Assembly: GCA_963848835.1 (NCBI GenBank)
Contig: CAWKFB010000006.1
Span: forward strand, 180,279 to 244,278
Direction: 5' to 3'
DNA from: Candidatus Aminicenantes bacterium
GTDB taxonomy: Bacteria > Acidobacteriota > Aminicenantia > Aminicenantales > UBA4085
Length of the DNA stretch: 64,000 nt
Part shown: positions 27,471-36,335 of the stretch, piece after piece
How the letters are laid out: the number at the start of each line of letters is the position of its first letter
Position numbering within the stretch: position 1 is the stretch's first letter
The notes under the pieces: model-generated
Databases searched by the model: none
The model's input: the letters and a program-made list of their open reading frames with translations, nothing else
What the model was told of the DNA's origin: nothing
Made by a program: the position numbers and the translations under genes

Positions 27471-29255
27471 TCACGGGATGGCCCATGGGATCCTCCGGAC
27501 GATCTTGGTCAGGACAAACGCGGCGGCGATCCCGCCGGCGAGATAGAGCGCTCCCGGAACGTAGTCCCGGAAGAGGAGCTTCCCGAAGCCGAGAAGGAAG
27601 CACAGGATCAGAAGGACGGCCGCGATCCATCCGGCGAACGGCGCGAAGCCGAGCGGATAAGAGGCGCCGTTGCGGGCAGAGATCGGCTTCCAGAAGCCGC
27701 CCGGCCGGACTTTCCGATAAAAGGCCAGGAGCTGGGCGGCGTCGTCGGGCGGCGTCAGGAACGTCACGGAGAGCCAGACGATGGTGGTGAAGCCGACGAT
27801 GAGGAGAATGCCGACGCCCCAGGGATCGGCGTCGAAGCCCAGGGCGCGGAGGACGGAAGACGCGCCGGAAATGAGTGGAGAATCCGGGTCCGCCCTTAGA
27901 TAGACGGCCATCGCCGCCGAGGCGAGCAGGGCGGAGATTTCCGACCAGGCGTTGACCCTCCACCAGTACCAGCGGAGGAGGAGGACGAGCCCGATCCCTC
28001 CGGAAAGCTCCATGATCAGGGCCCAGCCCGAGCGTATGCTGCCGAGGGCGAAGGAGAAGGCGGTCCCGACGAGGGCGACGACGACGACGAGAATCCGCGA
28101 CGCGCGGACGTAATGGCGCTCGGACGCCCCTTTGCGGACGAAGGGCTTGTAGAAATCGTTGAGGAGATACGAGCCGGCCAGGTTCAGGATGGACTCGATG
28201 GTGGACATGTAGGCAGCGAAGAGGGAGGCGATCATCAGCCCGAGCAGGCCGCGGGGGAGGAAGGCCATCATCCGGGGATAGGCGGCTTCGACGGTTCCCG
28301 TGTCGACGTTCCCCGAGAGGCCCGGCAGGAGGACCATGGCGGCCAGGGCGGTCAGGATCCACGGCCAGGGCCGGAGGATGAAATGGGCGATATTGAACCA
28401 GAGGGTCCCCAGGACCGCGTGCTTCGGGTCCTTGGCGGCGAGCATGCGTTGGGCGACCCAGCCGCCTCCGCCGGGTTCGGCGCCGGGGTAATAGACGGCC
28501 CACCACTGGACAAACAGGGCGACGAAGAAGGCGAGGGGGAGGGCTTTGCCGAGCGGAGGGAATAAGGCCAGGAAATCCTTGCCGCTCCCGGCGGTGGCGG
28601 CCCGGACCGAGTCCATCAGCGCGGCCATCCCGCCCGCCTTTCCCACGGAGACGACAGCCAGGACGACGGCGCCGAGCATGGCGATGGGGAAAAGAAGCAT
28701 GTCCGTGGCTACGACGCCCCAGAGGCCGGCGACCGTGGTGTAGACGACGGTGATCAGGACGCAGACGCCCAGGGCCTGGAGGGCGGTGGCGCCGAAGACG
28801 ATCTGGAGGATCTTGACCATGGCCAGGGTCACCCAGCCGAAAGCGATCCCCGACGCGGGCAGGCCGAGATAAAGGGCCTTGAATCCGCGCAGGAACCGCG
28901 CCGCCCGGCCGGTATAGCGGAGGGCGATGAATTCGACCTCGGTCAAGACGGCCGCCCGGCGCCAGAGATGGGCGAAGAAGAAGATCGTCGCGCCGCCCCC
29001 GAAGAGGAAGGTCCACCAGAACCAATTGCCGGCGATCCCGTCCTTGATGACGATCCCGGTCACGGCGAGGGGAGTGTCCGAGGAGAAGGACGTGGCGACC
29101 ATGGATGTGCCCAGCAGCCACCAGGGAAGGCTCCGGCCGCTGACGAAATATTCGGAGACGCTGCGCCCGGCCCGGCGGCCGAAATAGAGGCCGACCGCGA
29201 TCGAGACGAGGAAATATCCGGCCAGGAGGATCCAGTCGATGGTCGAAAGGATCAT
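27471..29255 (-). CDS. sodium:solute symporter family transporter
   Basis: 594 aa starting at ATG 29255 (MILSTIDWILLAGYF). Multi-pass membrane protein with GRSLPWWLLGTSMVATSFSSDTPLAVTG, typical of the SSF family. The ORF-track N-terminal extension is non-coding-like. Confidence 0.85.
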   Translation of the reverse strand: MILSTIDWILLAGYFLVSIAVGLYFGRRAGRSVSEYFVSGRSLPWWLLGTSMVATSFSSDTPLAVTGIVIKDGIAGNWFWWTFLFGGGATIFFFAHLWRRAAVLTEVEFIALRYTGRAARFLRGFKALYLGLPASGIAFGWVTLAMVKILQIVFGATALQALGVCVLITVVYTTVAGLWGVVATDMLLFPIAMLGAVVLAVVSVGKAGGMAALMDSVRAATAGSGKDFLALFPPLGKALPLAFFVALFVQWWAVYYPGAEPGGGGWVAQRMLAAKDPKHAVLGTLWFNIAHFILRPWPWILTALAAMVLLPGLSGNVDTGTVEAAYPRMMAFLPRGLLGLMIASLFAAYMSTIESILNLAGSYLLNDFYKPFVRKGASERHYVRASRILVVVVALVGTAFSFALGSIRSGWALIMELSGGIGLVLLLRWYWWRVNAWSEISALLASAAMAVYLRADPDSPLISGASSVLRALGFDADPWGVGILLIVGFTTIVWLSVTFLTPPDDAAQLLAFYRKVRPGGFWKPISARNGASYPLGFAPFAGWIAAVLLILCFLLGFGKLLFRDYVPGALYLAGGIAAAFVLTKIVRRIPWAIP

Positions 29256-29263
29256 CGCCGGTG

Positions 29264-30256
29264 TCAGAACCGGACGAACACCCCGCCGCCCAGCCAGATC
29301 CCGGACAGGTCGAGATGGAATTTCCCGCTCCGGACGGCGGTCGGATCGGTCGTCCAGTCGTTGCTCGGATACTCGGACGTCAGGGTTTCCCACGTCCGGG
29401 CGATCGTCGTCGTTTTCAGCCCCCACTCGGAGTCCCATTCGGTCGTGACCCCGTCGCGGACCTCCCGGCCCGGACCGGAGAGCTTGGGAACGGTCCGAAA
29501 GCCGATGTTGACGCCGGCGAAAATGCCGAACCCCCGGCCCAGGAAATAGCTCAGCTTGCCTTCGACTTCGAGGCAGATGCCGATGCCCGTGCCCTCCATC
29601 CGGGTCGTTCCCTGGGTCGTCCGGCCGGTGTCGAGGCGGGGGGAAGCCTCGTTGAAGGACGCGGCCACCCCGCGTTCGAGCCACGTCGACTCGGACACGA
29701 CCCGGCCGAACAGCGGCCCGATCAGCACCCCCCCTTCGGCGGCCCAATTCTCCTTGGCCGGCTCGTAGAGGTGGACGCCGAGGAGCGGGGCCCAGGCGAC
29801 GATCGAGAGCTCGTAAGGCTTGAATTCGAGGCTGAGCTGGTCCGATGTCGCGTCCGCGTAGGTGCGGGTGTAGGCTCCGGCGAGGCTCGTGGTCGCCTTG
29901 GCCCCGAGGCGCTCGGCGCCTAGAGAGAGGATGATGTGATCGCTGATGTTGTATTTGATCCGGGCGCCGAGGGGAAAGGCCGTCTCGAACCCCTTCCAGG
30001 CGCCGTCGACCGTCTCCTTCCAGGACGACAGGACGGCCGAGGTGTAGAGATAGGTCAGGTACGAGTTGTAGAAGAACGACTGCCTGTTGCTCTGGAATTC
30101 CACGGCCTTGTTGATGGAGTTCTCGCGGAGGGTCGTCCCGAACCCGAAAACCTCGATCTGGAGTTTGGACGTCCGCTCGGCCGAAGTCTGGCCGAGCCCG
30201 GGAACGGCCGCGGCGGAAAGGACGGCCCAGCCCAGGATGAGAAGTCGCAGCTTCAT
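29264..30256 (-). CDS. putative outer-membrane beta-barrel protein
   Basis: Signal peptide MKLRLLILGWAVLSAAAVPGLGQ. Alternating amphipathic strands. C-terminal ...GGGVFVRF ends in Phe. Paralogous to 44430-45281. Confidence 0.6.
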   Translation of the reverse strand: MKLRLLILGWAVLSAAAVPGLGQTSAERTSKLQIEVFGFGTTLRENSINKAVEFQSNRQSFFYNSYLTYLYTSAVLSSWKETVDGAWKGFETAFPLGARIKYNISDHIILSLGAERLGAKATTSLAGAYTRTYADATSDQLSLEFKPYELSIVAWAPLLGVHLYEPAKENWAAEGGVLIGPLFGRVVSESTWLERGVAASFNEASPRLDTGRTTQGTTRMEGTGIGICLEVEGKLSYFLGRGFGIFAGVNIGFRTVPKLSGPGREVRDGVTTEWDSEWGLKTTTIARTWETLTSEYPSNDWTTDPTAVRSGKFHLDLSGIWLGGGVFVRF

Positions 30257-30282
30257 GAGGACCTCCAGATGTTCAACCCGCG

Positions 30283-30308
30283 TTCCGTGCGAAACGTTTC
30301 GGATGGAA
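30283..30308. promoter_or_regulatory. 26-bp imperfect palindrome with a perfect 12-bp core CGAAACGTTTCG (LacI-type operator-like)
   Basis: TTCC-GTG-CGAAACGTTTCG-GAT-GGAA lies in the 172-bp divergent region between the OMP-symporter operon (-) and kdgK-eda (+). The CG-centred GAAACGTTTC core resembles LacI/Cra-family operators. Confidence 0.45.
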
Positions 30309-30428
30309 TGCGCGGCCGGCCGCTTCGGGCGGGCCCATTGTATGGCTAAGGCGGGGATGAGTCAACGCGGCCCGGCGCGTGGACATTTCGCTCCGGTTAT
30401 ACTACTATTTTTCCCCCGGAGCCCGACA

Positions 30429-31457
30429 ATGAACTCGATCGCCACGTTCGGAGAGCTGATGCTCCGGCTCTCTCCGCCCGGCCGGGAGCGCCTGCTCCAG
30501 AGCCCGCGGCTCGAGACGCATTTCGGCGGCGGGGAAGCCAACGTGGCCGTGTCCCTGGCCCGCTTCGGGCACCCCGCCCGGTTCATCTCGGTCCTGCCCG
30601 CCAATCCCCTCGGCGACGCCGCCGCGGCCGAGCTCGCCCGCCGCGGTGTCGAGACGTCCTTCATCGCCCGCTCGGGCGGCCGCCTCGGCTTGTATTTTTC
30701 CGAACCGGGCGCCGGGCCGCGTCCGTCCGTGGTCATCTACGACCGGGAGTCGTCCGCCCTGGCCGCGGCCGCGGCCGGAACGATCGATTGGGCGCGGGCG
30801 CTCGAGGGCGCGAGCCTCCTCCATACGACCGGGATCACGCCCGCCTTGAGCCGGTCCGCGGCCGACCTGACCCGGGAAGCGCTTGCCGCGGCCCGGGCCA
30901 AGGGTCTCAAGGTCTCGATCGACCTCAATTTCCGGGCCAAGCTCTGGCGCTATGGAGCCTCCGCGATCGAGGTCATGGGGGAGCTTTTCGCCGCCGCCGA
31001 CCTGGGGATCGCCAATGAAGAGGACTGCCGGATGAGCCTGGGCATCGAAGGCGGCGTCTTCGGGCCGGACGGATCGGCCGACCCCGCCGCGGTCGAACGG
31101 CTGCTCGTACGGGTGAAGGCCGAGTTTCCGCGGCTCGAACGGATGGCGATCACGCTCCGCGAAAGCCGGAGCGCCGACCGGAACGTATGGTCCGCGGCTT
31201 TGCTTGGCCGGTCAGGGTTCCGGATGGGACCCCGCTTCGAGATCTTCCCCGTCGTGGACCGGATTGGAGCCGGAGACGCCTTCGCCGCCGGGCTCATCCA
31301 CGGCTTGGATGTTTTCGAGTCGGAAGGGGAGGCCCTTGACTTCGCCGTGGCCGCGTCCGCCTTCAAGCACACCATCCCGGGGGATTTCAACCTGGTTTCG
31401 GACGCCGAGGTCCGGGCCGTGATGTCCGGAGACGTATCGGGCCGGATCCGCCGATGA
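30429..31457 (+). CDS. kdgK: 2-dehydro-3-deoxygluconokinase (PfkB family)
   Basis: MNSIATFGELMLRLSPPG...GGGEANVAVSLARFG...DRIGAGDAFAAGLIHG, typical KdgK motifs. Lies directly upstream of eda. Confidence 0.85.
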   Translation: MNSIATFGELMLRLSPPGRERLLQSPRLETHFGGGEANVAVSLARFGHPARFISVLPANPLGDAAAAELARRGVETSFIARSGGRLGLYFSEPGAGPRPSVVIYDRESSALAAAAAGTIDWARALEGASLLHTTGITPALSRSAADLTREALAAARAKGLKVSIDLNFRAKLWRYGASAIEVMGELFAAADLGIANEEDCRMSLGIEGGVFGPDGSADPAAVERLLVRVKAEFPRLERMAITLRESRSADRNVWSAALLGRSGFRMGPRFEIFPVVDRIGAGDAFAAGLIHGLDVFESEGEALDFAVAASAFKHTIPGDFNLVSDAEVRAVMSGDVSGRIRR

Positions 31458-31482
31458 ACTCGGGAAGCACGGCGGCGTCGGC

Positions 31483-32127
31483 ATGAGCGTCCCGCGCGAT
31501 TCCGCCCTGAGCGTCATCCTGGAGACGCGGCTTGTCGCCGTGGTCCGGATGAAGTCGGCCGGGGTCCTTCCGGCCGCCGTGGACGCTCTCCGGCGCGGAG
31601 GTGTCCGGGCGATCGAGGTCACCCTGACGACGCCCGGAGCCCTTGCCGTCATCGGCGAGCTTGCCGCAACCAAGTCTCCCGGCGAGATCATCGGCGCGGG
31701 AACCGTCCTCGACGCCTCCGCCGCTGAGCGGGCTATGGATGCGGGCGCGGATTTCGTCGTCTCCCCGGTTCTCGATCCGGAGATCATCCGGGCCTGCCGC
31801 GCCCGCGACGTCTTCGTCTCCGCCGGCGGGCTGACCCCGACGGAGATCCTGGCCGCCTGGCGGGCGGGCGCGGACGTGGTCAAGGTTTTTCCGGCGACTT
31901 CGGCGGGGCCGAAATATTTCAAGGACCTCAAGGGTCCGTTCCCGGAGATCAGGCTGATGCCGACCGGCGGCGTCTCTCCGGAAAATGCGGCCGATTTTAT
32001 CCGAAACGGCGCTTGCGCCGTGGCCTTGGGGACCTCGCTTCTCGACGCGGACCTCGTCCGGTCCCGGGATTGGGACGAGATCGCCGGAAGGGCCGCGCGC
32101 CTCCTGGAGTCTCTCCGTGCGGTCTGA
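31483..32127 (+). CDS. eda: 2-dehydro-3-deoxyphosphogluconate / 4-hydroxy-2-oxoglutarate aldolase
   Basis: Contains VAVVRM, RAIEVTLTTPGAL, GAGTVL, VKVFPA and MPTGGVS, the KDPG aldolase hallmarks. Confidence 0.9.
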   Translation: MSVPRDSALSVILETRLVAVVRMKSAGVLPAAVDALRRGGVRAIEVTLTTPGALAVIGELAATKSPGEIIGAGTVLDASAAERAMDAGADFVVSPVLDPEIIRACRARDVFVSAGGLTPTEILAAWRAGADVVKVFPATSAGPKYFKDLKGPFPEIRLMPTGGVSPENAADFIRNGACAVALGTSLLDADLVRSRDWDEIAGRAARLLESLRAV

Positions 32128-33271
32128 GCGGCGCGGCGCGGTCCGCGCAATTATCGTTTGGGCGGCGCTTTTCCTCCCGGGCCTCGCCGCCGCCGCCCAG
32201 GACATCATGGCCCCGCTTCCTTTTCCCGTCCGCACACATGAGGAATGGTTCCGGATGCAGTATGGCGCGTCCCGCGAGGACTGGACGGCGAAGCTGGGGC
32301 GGGATTACGTCAATCAGAACAGCGGCCCGGCGTGCGTCGTAATGCTCCTTCATTATAAGAAGCGGACCGGGATCAAGAGCGATTTCGGCAGCTTCTCCGA
32401 CAGGCGGTATCCGCTCATCCACGCCGACTCCCGCTGGAAGTTCTGCCGCGCCAACTCTGATAAGGGATATCCGGGCGGCTTCGCCGAGGACGACCAGGCC
32501 GACGTCACGGCGGCCGAGTTGGCCGACGTCCTGACCCAGGAAGACGTTCCGGCGATCCCGCATTCCGGGAAGGCCGAAGCCACGCTGGAGCGGATCGCCC
32601 GGATCCTCTCCCAATCCAACCTGGCCGTCTGCCGCGTCGATCCTTCCGCATATTTCCGGGACGAGCGGTCCGGGAGTCCCCGCTGGGTCGTTGTTTTCGG
32701 AATAACGAAGGATTCCGTCGTGCTTCACGATCCCGGCCGGAACGAGGGCCGGAGCCGGAAAGTCGCCCGCCCGGCTTTCCTCGACGCGCTCCGGCAGGGA
32801 AGCGGGGGAGCCGATCCGGTGATGCTCGAATGCCTGACCTCAGTCGGAAGCTACGGCGACGGCTGGCACGCGGACGGCCGCTCCCGGCCGTTCGGCGAGG
32901 CCTGGCGCCGGTACGGAAAGTGGATCGGCCGGCCGGACAACCCGGGCGGGACGTTCCTCGTCCATTCCGTCGAAAGCTGCGTCGCCCAGGATTTCAAGCA
33001 AGACCTCGACCAGCCCCATTTCGGGAAAGCCGGGTCCAGTCTCGTGTTCCTCGACCGGGGGCGCCTTCGGGCCTTCTGGCTGAAGGGCGAATTCTACGAA
33101 AAATACATGGAGATCTGGGGCTTCCGCGAGCTGGGCTCGCCGCTCACGGACGAGTACACGGCGGGAGGGGCCGTCAAGCAGGATTTCGAAAAAGGCCGGC
33201 TCGAGCTCGCGGGCGGCGCGGTCGCCGTCCGCCTTGCCGCGGGAGCGTCCCCGGCGCCGATCAAGAAGTAA
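32117..33271 (+). CDS. secreted protein with papain-like (C39-like) N-domain and LGFP-like C-terminal repeat
   Basis: GTG start overlaps the eda end by 11 nt. Signal-like AIIVWAALFLPGLAAAAQD. Candidate nucleophile context NQNSGPACVVMLLHY. C-terminal LGSPLTDEYTAGGAVKQDFEKGRLEL resembles LGFP repeats. Confidence 0.5.
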   Translation: MRSERRGAVRAIIVWAALFLPGLAAAAQDIMAPLPFPVRTHEEWFRMQYGASREDWTAKLGRDYVNQNSGPACVVMLLHYKKRTGIKSDFGSFSDRRYPLIHADSRWKFCRANSDKGYPGGFAEDDQADVTAAELADVLTQEDVPAIPHSGKAEATLERIARILSQSNLAVCRVDPSAYFRDERSGSPRWVVVFGITKDSVVLHDPGRNEGRSRKVARPAFLDALRQGSGGADPVMLECLTSVGSYGDGWHADGRSRPFGEAWRRYGKWIGRPDNPGGTFLVHSVESCVAQDFKQDLDQPHFGKAGSSLVFLDRGRLRAFWLKGEFYEKYMEIWGFRELGSPLTDEYTAGGAVKQDFEKGRLELAGGAVAVRLAAGASPAPIKK

Positions 33272-33307
33272 ATGAAGAAGACATCCATCTCAGACCGAGG
33301 AGGCACC

Positions 33308-34297
33308 ATGAATAGACGCGATTTCTTCGTCCGCTCTCTTGCCGGAGCCGCGGTCCTCGGATCGTTGAATCCGAAGCCCCTCCGGTCCGCTCCGGCGCAG
33401 TCATCCGCCAAGACGACCGTCGCCCTGGTCAAGACCATGGACCGGGCCCAGGGGGTTAAAGAGGTCCTGAAGCTCGTCGGGCCGCCCTCTCCCAAGGGGA
33501 AGGCGGTCGTGATCAAGCCGAACTTCAACACCCAGGACCCGACCCCCGGCTCGACGCACAACGACACACTCCGCCAGATCGTTATGGAGATGAAGGCCCT
33601 CGGGGCCGGCTCGATCACGATCGCAGAGCGGAGCGGTCCGCCCCAGACGAAGAAAGTCATGGAGGAGAAAGGCATCCCGGCGATGGCCCAGGAGCTCGGG
33701 TTCGGAATCGTCAATTTCGAAGACCTCGGCCCGGACGGATGGAAGCACTTCAACCCGCCGGGAATCCACTGGCAGAACGGCTTCGACATCGCCCGGGTCA
33801 TCGCCGAGGCCGAGTACCTCGTTTCGACGTGCTGCCTGAAGACGCACGGGTTCGGGGGGATCTTCACCATGTCGCTCAAGCTGTCCGTCGGGACGACGCC
33901 CAAGAGCCTGATGCGCGAGCTTCACGCCGCCCGGACGACGCACATGCGGCGGATGATCGCCGAGCTGAGCCTGGGCTACAAGCCCCAGCTCATCGTCATG
34001 GACGGCATCGAAGTATTCACGGACGGGGGGCCGGGCACGGGTAAGAAGGCCGAAGCGGGCGTCTTCGTCGGCGGCACGGACCGCGTCGCGGTGGACGCCG
34101 TCGGCGTGGCCGTCCTCAAGCTCCTCGGCTCGAACGACGCCATCATGAACACGAAGATCTTCGCCCAGGAGCAGATCCAGCGGGCGGCCGAGCTCGGGAT
34201 CGGGGTGGACGGGCCGGACAAGATCGACCTCGTCGCCTCCGACGCGGCCGGCCGGGCGTATGCCGACAAAATCCGGGCGATCCTGGACCAGGGGTAA
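33308..34297 (+). CDS. DUF362 domain protein with twin-arginine signal
   Basis: GAGGAGG upstream of the ATG. Tat motif MNRRDFFVRSLAGAAVLG. DUF362-like core (VVIKPNFN, CLKTHGFGGIFTMSLK). Confidence 0.75.
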   Translation: MNRRDFFVRSLAGAAVLGSLNPKPLRSAPAQSSAKTTVALVKTMDRAQGVKEVLKLVGPPSPKGKAVVIKPNFNTQDPTPGSTHNDTLRQIVMEMKALGAGSITIAERSGPPQTKKVMEEKGIPAMAQELGFGIVNFEDLGPDGWKHFNPPGIHWQNGFDIARVIAEAEYLVSTCCLKTHGFGGIFTMSLKLSVGTTPKSLMRELHAARTTHMRRMIAELSLGYKPQLIVMDGIEVFTDGGPGTGKKAEAGVFVGGTDRVAVDAVGVAVLKLLGSNDAIMNTKIFAQEQIQRAAELGIGVDGPDKIDLVASDAAGRAYADKIRAILDQG

Positions 34298-34302
34298 GCG
34301 CC

Positions 34303-34878
34303 ATGACCCTCCAAGAGTTGATCCGCAAGCGCCGGACCATCCGGCAATTCGGTCCCCAGCCGGTCGCTCCTGAGGCTTTGTCCAGGATCGTCGACGCCGG
34401 CCGCCTGGCGCCCTCCGCGGCCAACCATCAGCCGCTCGAGTTCATCGCTGTCGACCGTGAAGACCTGCGGGCGAAGATCTATCCCGGTCTGAAATTCGCC
34501 TCGGCGATCGCCCCCGCGGGCTTTCCCCGGCCGGGCAACGAGCCGAAGGCCTATATCTTCACCCTCGTCAACCTGAAGATCCGGGAGAAGATGTACGAAT
34601 ACGACGTCGGGGCGGCGATGGAGAACATGTGCCTCGCCGCGCTGGCCGAGGGGCTCGCGAGCGCTTGGATCATCTCCATCGACCGGGCGGCCATGGCCGA
34701 GCTGTTGGGCGTTCCGGTGGAATACAAGATCGACTCCGTCTTGGCTTTAGGATATCCGGCCCAGGAATCGATCGCCGAGGTCTCGACCGAGACGACGACG
34801 TACTGGCAGGACGAGGATCTGACCTTCCACGTCCCGAAGCGTCCCCTCTCGGCCGTGCTCCACATCAACAAATTCTAG
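34303..34878 (+). CDS. nitroreductase family protein
   Basis: RRTIRQFGPQPV...RLAPSAANHQPLEFI is the classic nitroreductase FMN-binding N-terminus. 191 aa. Confidence 0.85.
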   Translation: MTLQELIRKRRTIRQFGPQPVAPEALSRIVDAGRLAPSAANHQPLEFIAVDREDLRAKIYPGLKFASAIAPAGFPRPGNEPKAYIFTLVNLKIREKMYEYDVGAAMENMCLAALAEGLASAWIISIDRAAMAELLGVPVEYKIDSVLALGYPAQESIAEVSTETTTYWQDEDLTFHVPKRPLSAVLHINKF

Positions 34879-34965
34879 AAATCGCTGCCAGTCATCTGAA
34901 TACGCCAATTTTCCGGACCGTGAAACAGCGAAATAGGCTTATTCAGATGACTGGCACCGATTTCT
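34877..34965. terminator. long palindrome H2 at a convergent gene junction (candidate bidirectional terminator or palindromic repeat)
   Basis: 26-bp arms at 34877-34902 and 34940-34965 (AGAAATCGCTGCCAGTCATCTGAATA) with one C-C mismatch, and a 37-nt loop. Starts inside the nitroreductase stop codon and ends 17 nt before the pmbA stop. Confidence 0.45.
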
Positions 34966-34981
34966 GTGAGCGATCCCGGAG

Positions 34982-36335
34982 CTAGGATCCGGCGATGAGC
35001 ATCTCGGCGACCTTGATAGTCGGGCCGCAGATCGAGCCGCGGAACTCGAGGTCGCTTCCGACCATCTCGATCCCCTTGAGGACTTCGTCCAGGTTCCCCG
35101 AAATCGTGATCTCGGAGACGGGATAAGCGATCTCGCCCTTTTCGATCCACAGGCCGAAGGCGCCCCGGGAGATGTCCCCGGTCACCGGATTCAACCCGTG
35201 GCCGAGCGTCCGGATGAGGAGAAGCCCCTCGGCGCAGGACCGGATGATCTCGTCGGGCGAATGAGGCCCGGCTTCCATGTAGAAGTTATTAGGCCCGGCG
35301 CCCGATCCGGCCGCGTTGCCCGTGGACGTCCTGCCCAGCTTCCGGGCGGCGTAGGTGTCGCACAGGAAGCTCTCCAGGATGCCGGCCGTCACGACCTTCG
35401 TCCGCCGGCAGGGGAGGCCCTCCGCGTCGAACGGGCTCGATCCGGGGCGGCGCGGCATCAGGCCGTCGTCGACGATCGTGATCCGATCGCTCGCGATGTG
35501 CGTCCCGAGACGCTCGGCGAGATACGTCGACCGTTGATAGACCGACGTCCCCGAGACGCAGGAAAAGAGGAAGCCCAGCAATCCCGACGTCATGAGCGGC
35601 TCGAAGATGACCGGAACACGGCGGGTCGCGGATCTTGCGCGGGCTGAGCTGCCGGACGGTCCGGGCGATCGCGGTCCGGGCGATCTTCTCGGGAGGGTCG
35701 AGGTCGCGAAAGTGCGTCTCCGCCGAAAACCAGAAATCCTCGACCTTGTCGTCGGTCGGACCGGCCTGGAGGGCTAGGCTCAGGTCGAAGTGCGTCCGGC
35801 GGAATTCGCCCAGGAAGCCGTTCGAGCTCGCCAGGACGGAGCGCGAATCGCCCGAGGAGAATCCCGCCCCATAGCTGTTGGTGATCCGCTTGTCGGCCAG
35901 GGCGATCCGCTCGGTTTCGAGGGCCAGGCCGATCTTCGTCCTCGGATCGAGCCTCTCGATCTCCGGATCGAAGAGGTCGAGCGCGGCCGGATCGATCCCG
36001 GCCGTGGCGAGCTCGGGCAGGCCGGAGAACGGATCGGGATTGGCCAGCTCGGCGCGCCGGACGGCGTTCCGGATGAGCTCGTGGACCGTTTCCTCCCGGA
36101 GGTCCGAGGACGAGGCGAAGGCGGTCTTGTGGTCCTTGATGACCCGGAAGCCGAGCCCGCGGCTCCCGGCTTCGACCAGGTTCTCGATCTCGCCCATCCG
36201 GATGTCGACAGAGAACTCGACCCCGTCGCCGATCGCGAGCTCGATCTCGTCCGCGCCCGCGCGCCGGCCGAAGTCGACGAGCTTCGCGGCTAGGTCGAGA
36301 AGCGGGCTTGCCGCGGCTCCCAGAGGGGCGCTCAT
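34982..36335 (-). pseudogene. pmbA: PmbA/TldE metalloprotease subunit, one +1 frameshift
   Basis: N-terminal part MSAPLGAAASPLLDLAAKLVDFGRRAGADEIEL... joins the C-terminal part ...TRRVPVIFEPLMTSGLLGF...GPTIKVAEMLIAGS at about 35627. The ATG overlaps the tldD stop (ATGA). Length check: 1354 nt minus 1 gives 1353 nt. Confidence 0.8.
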
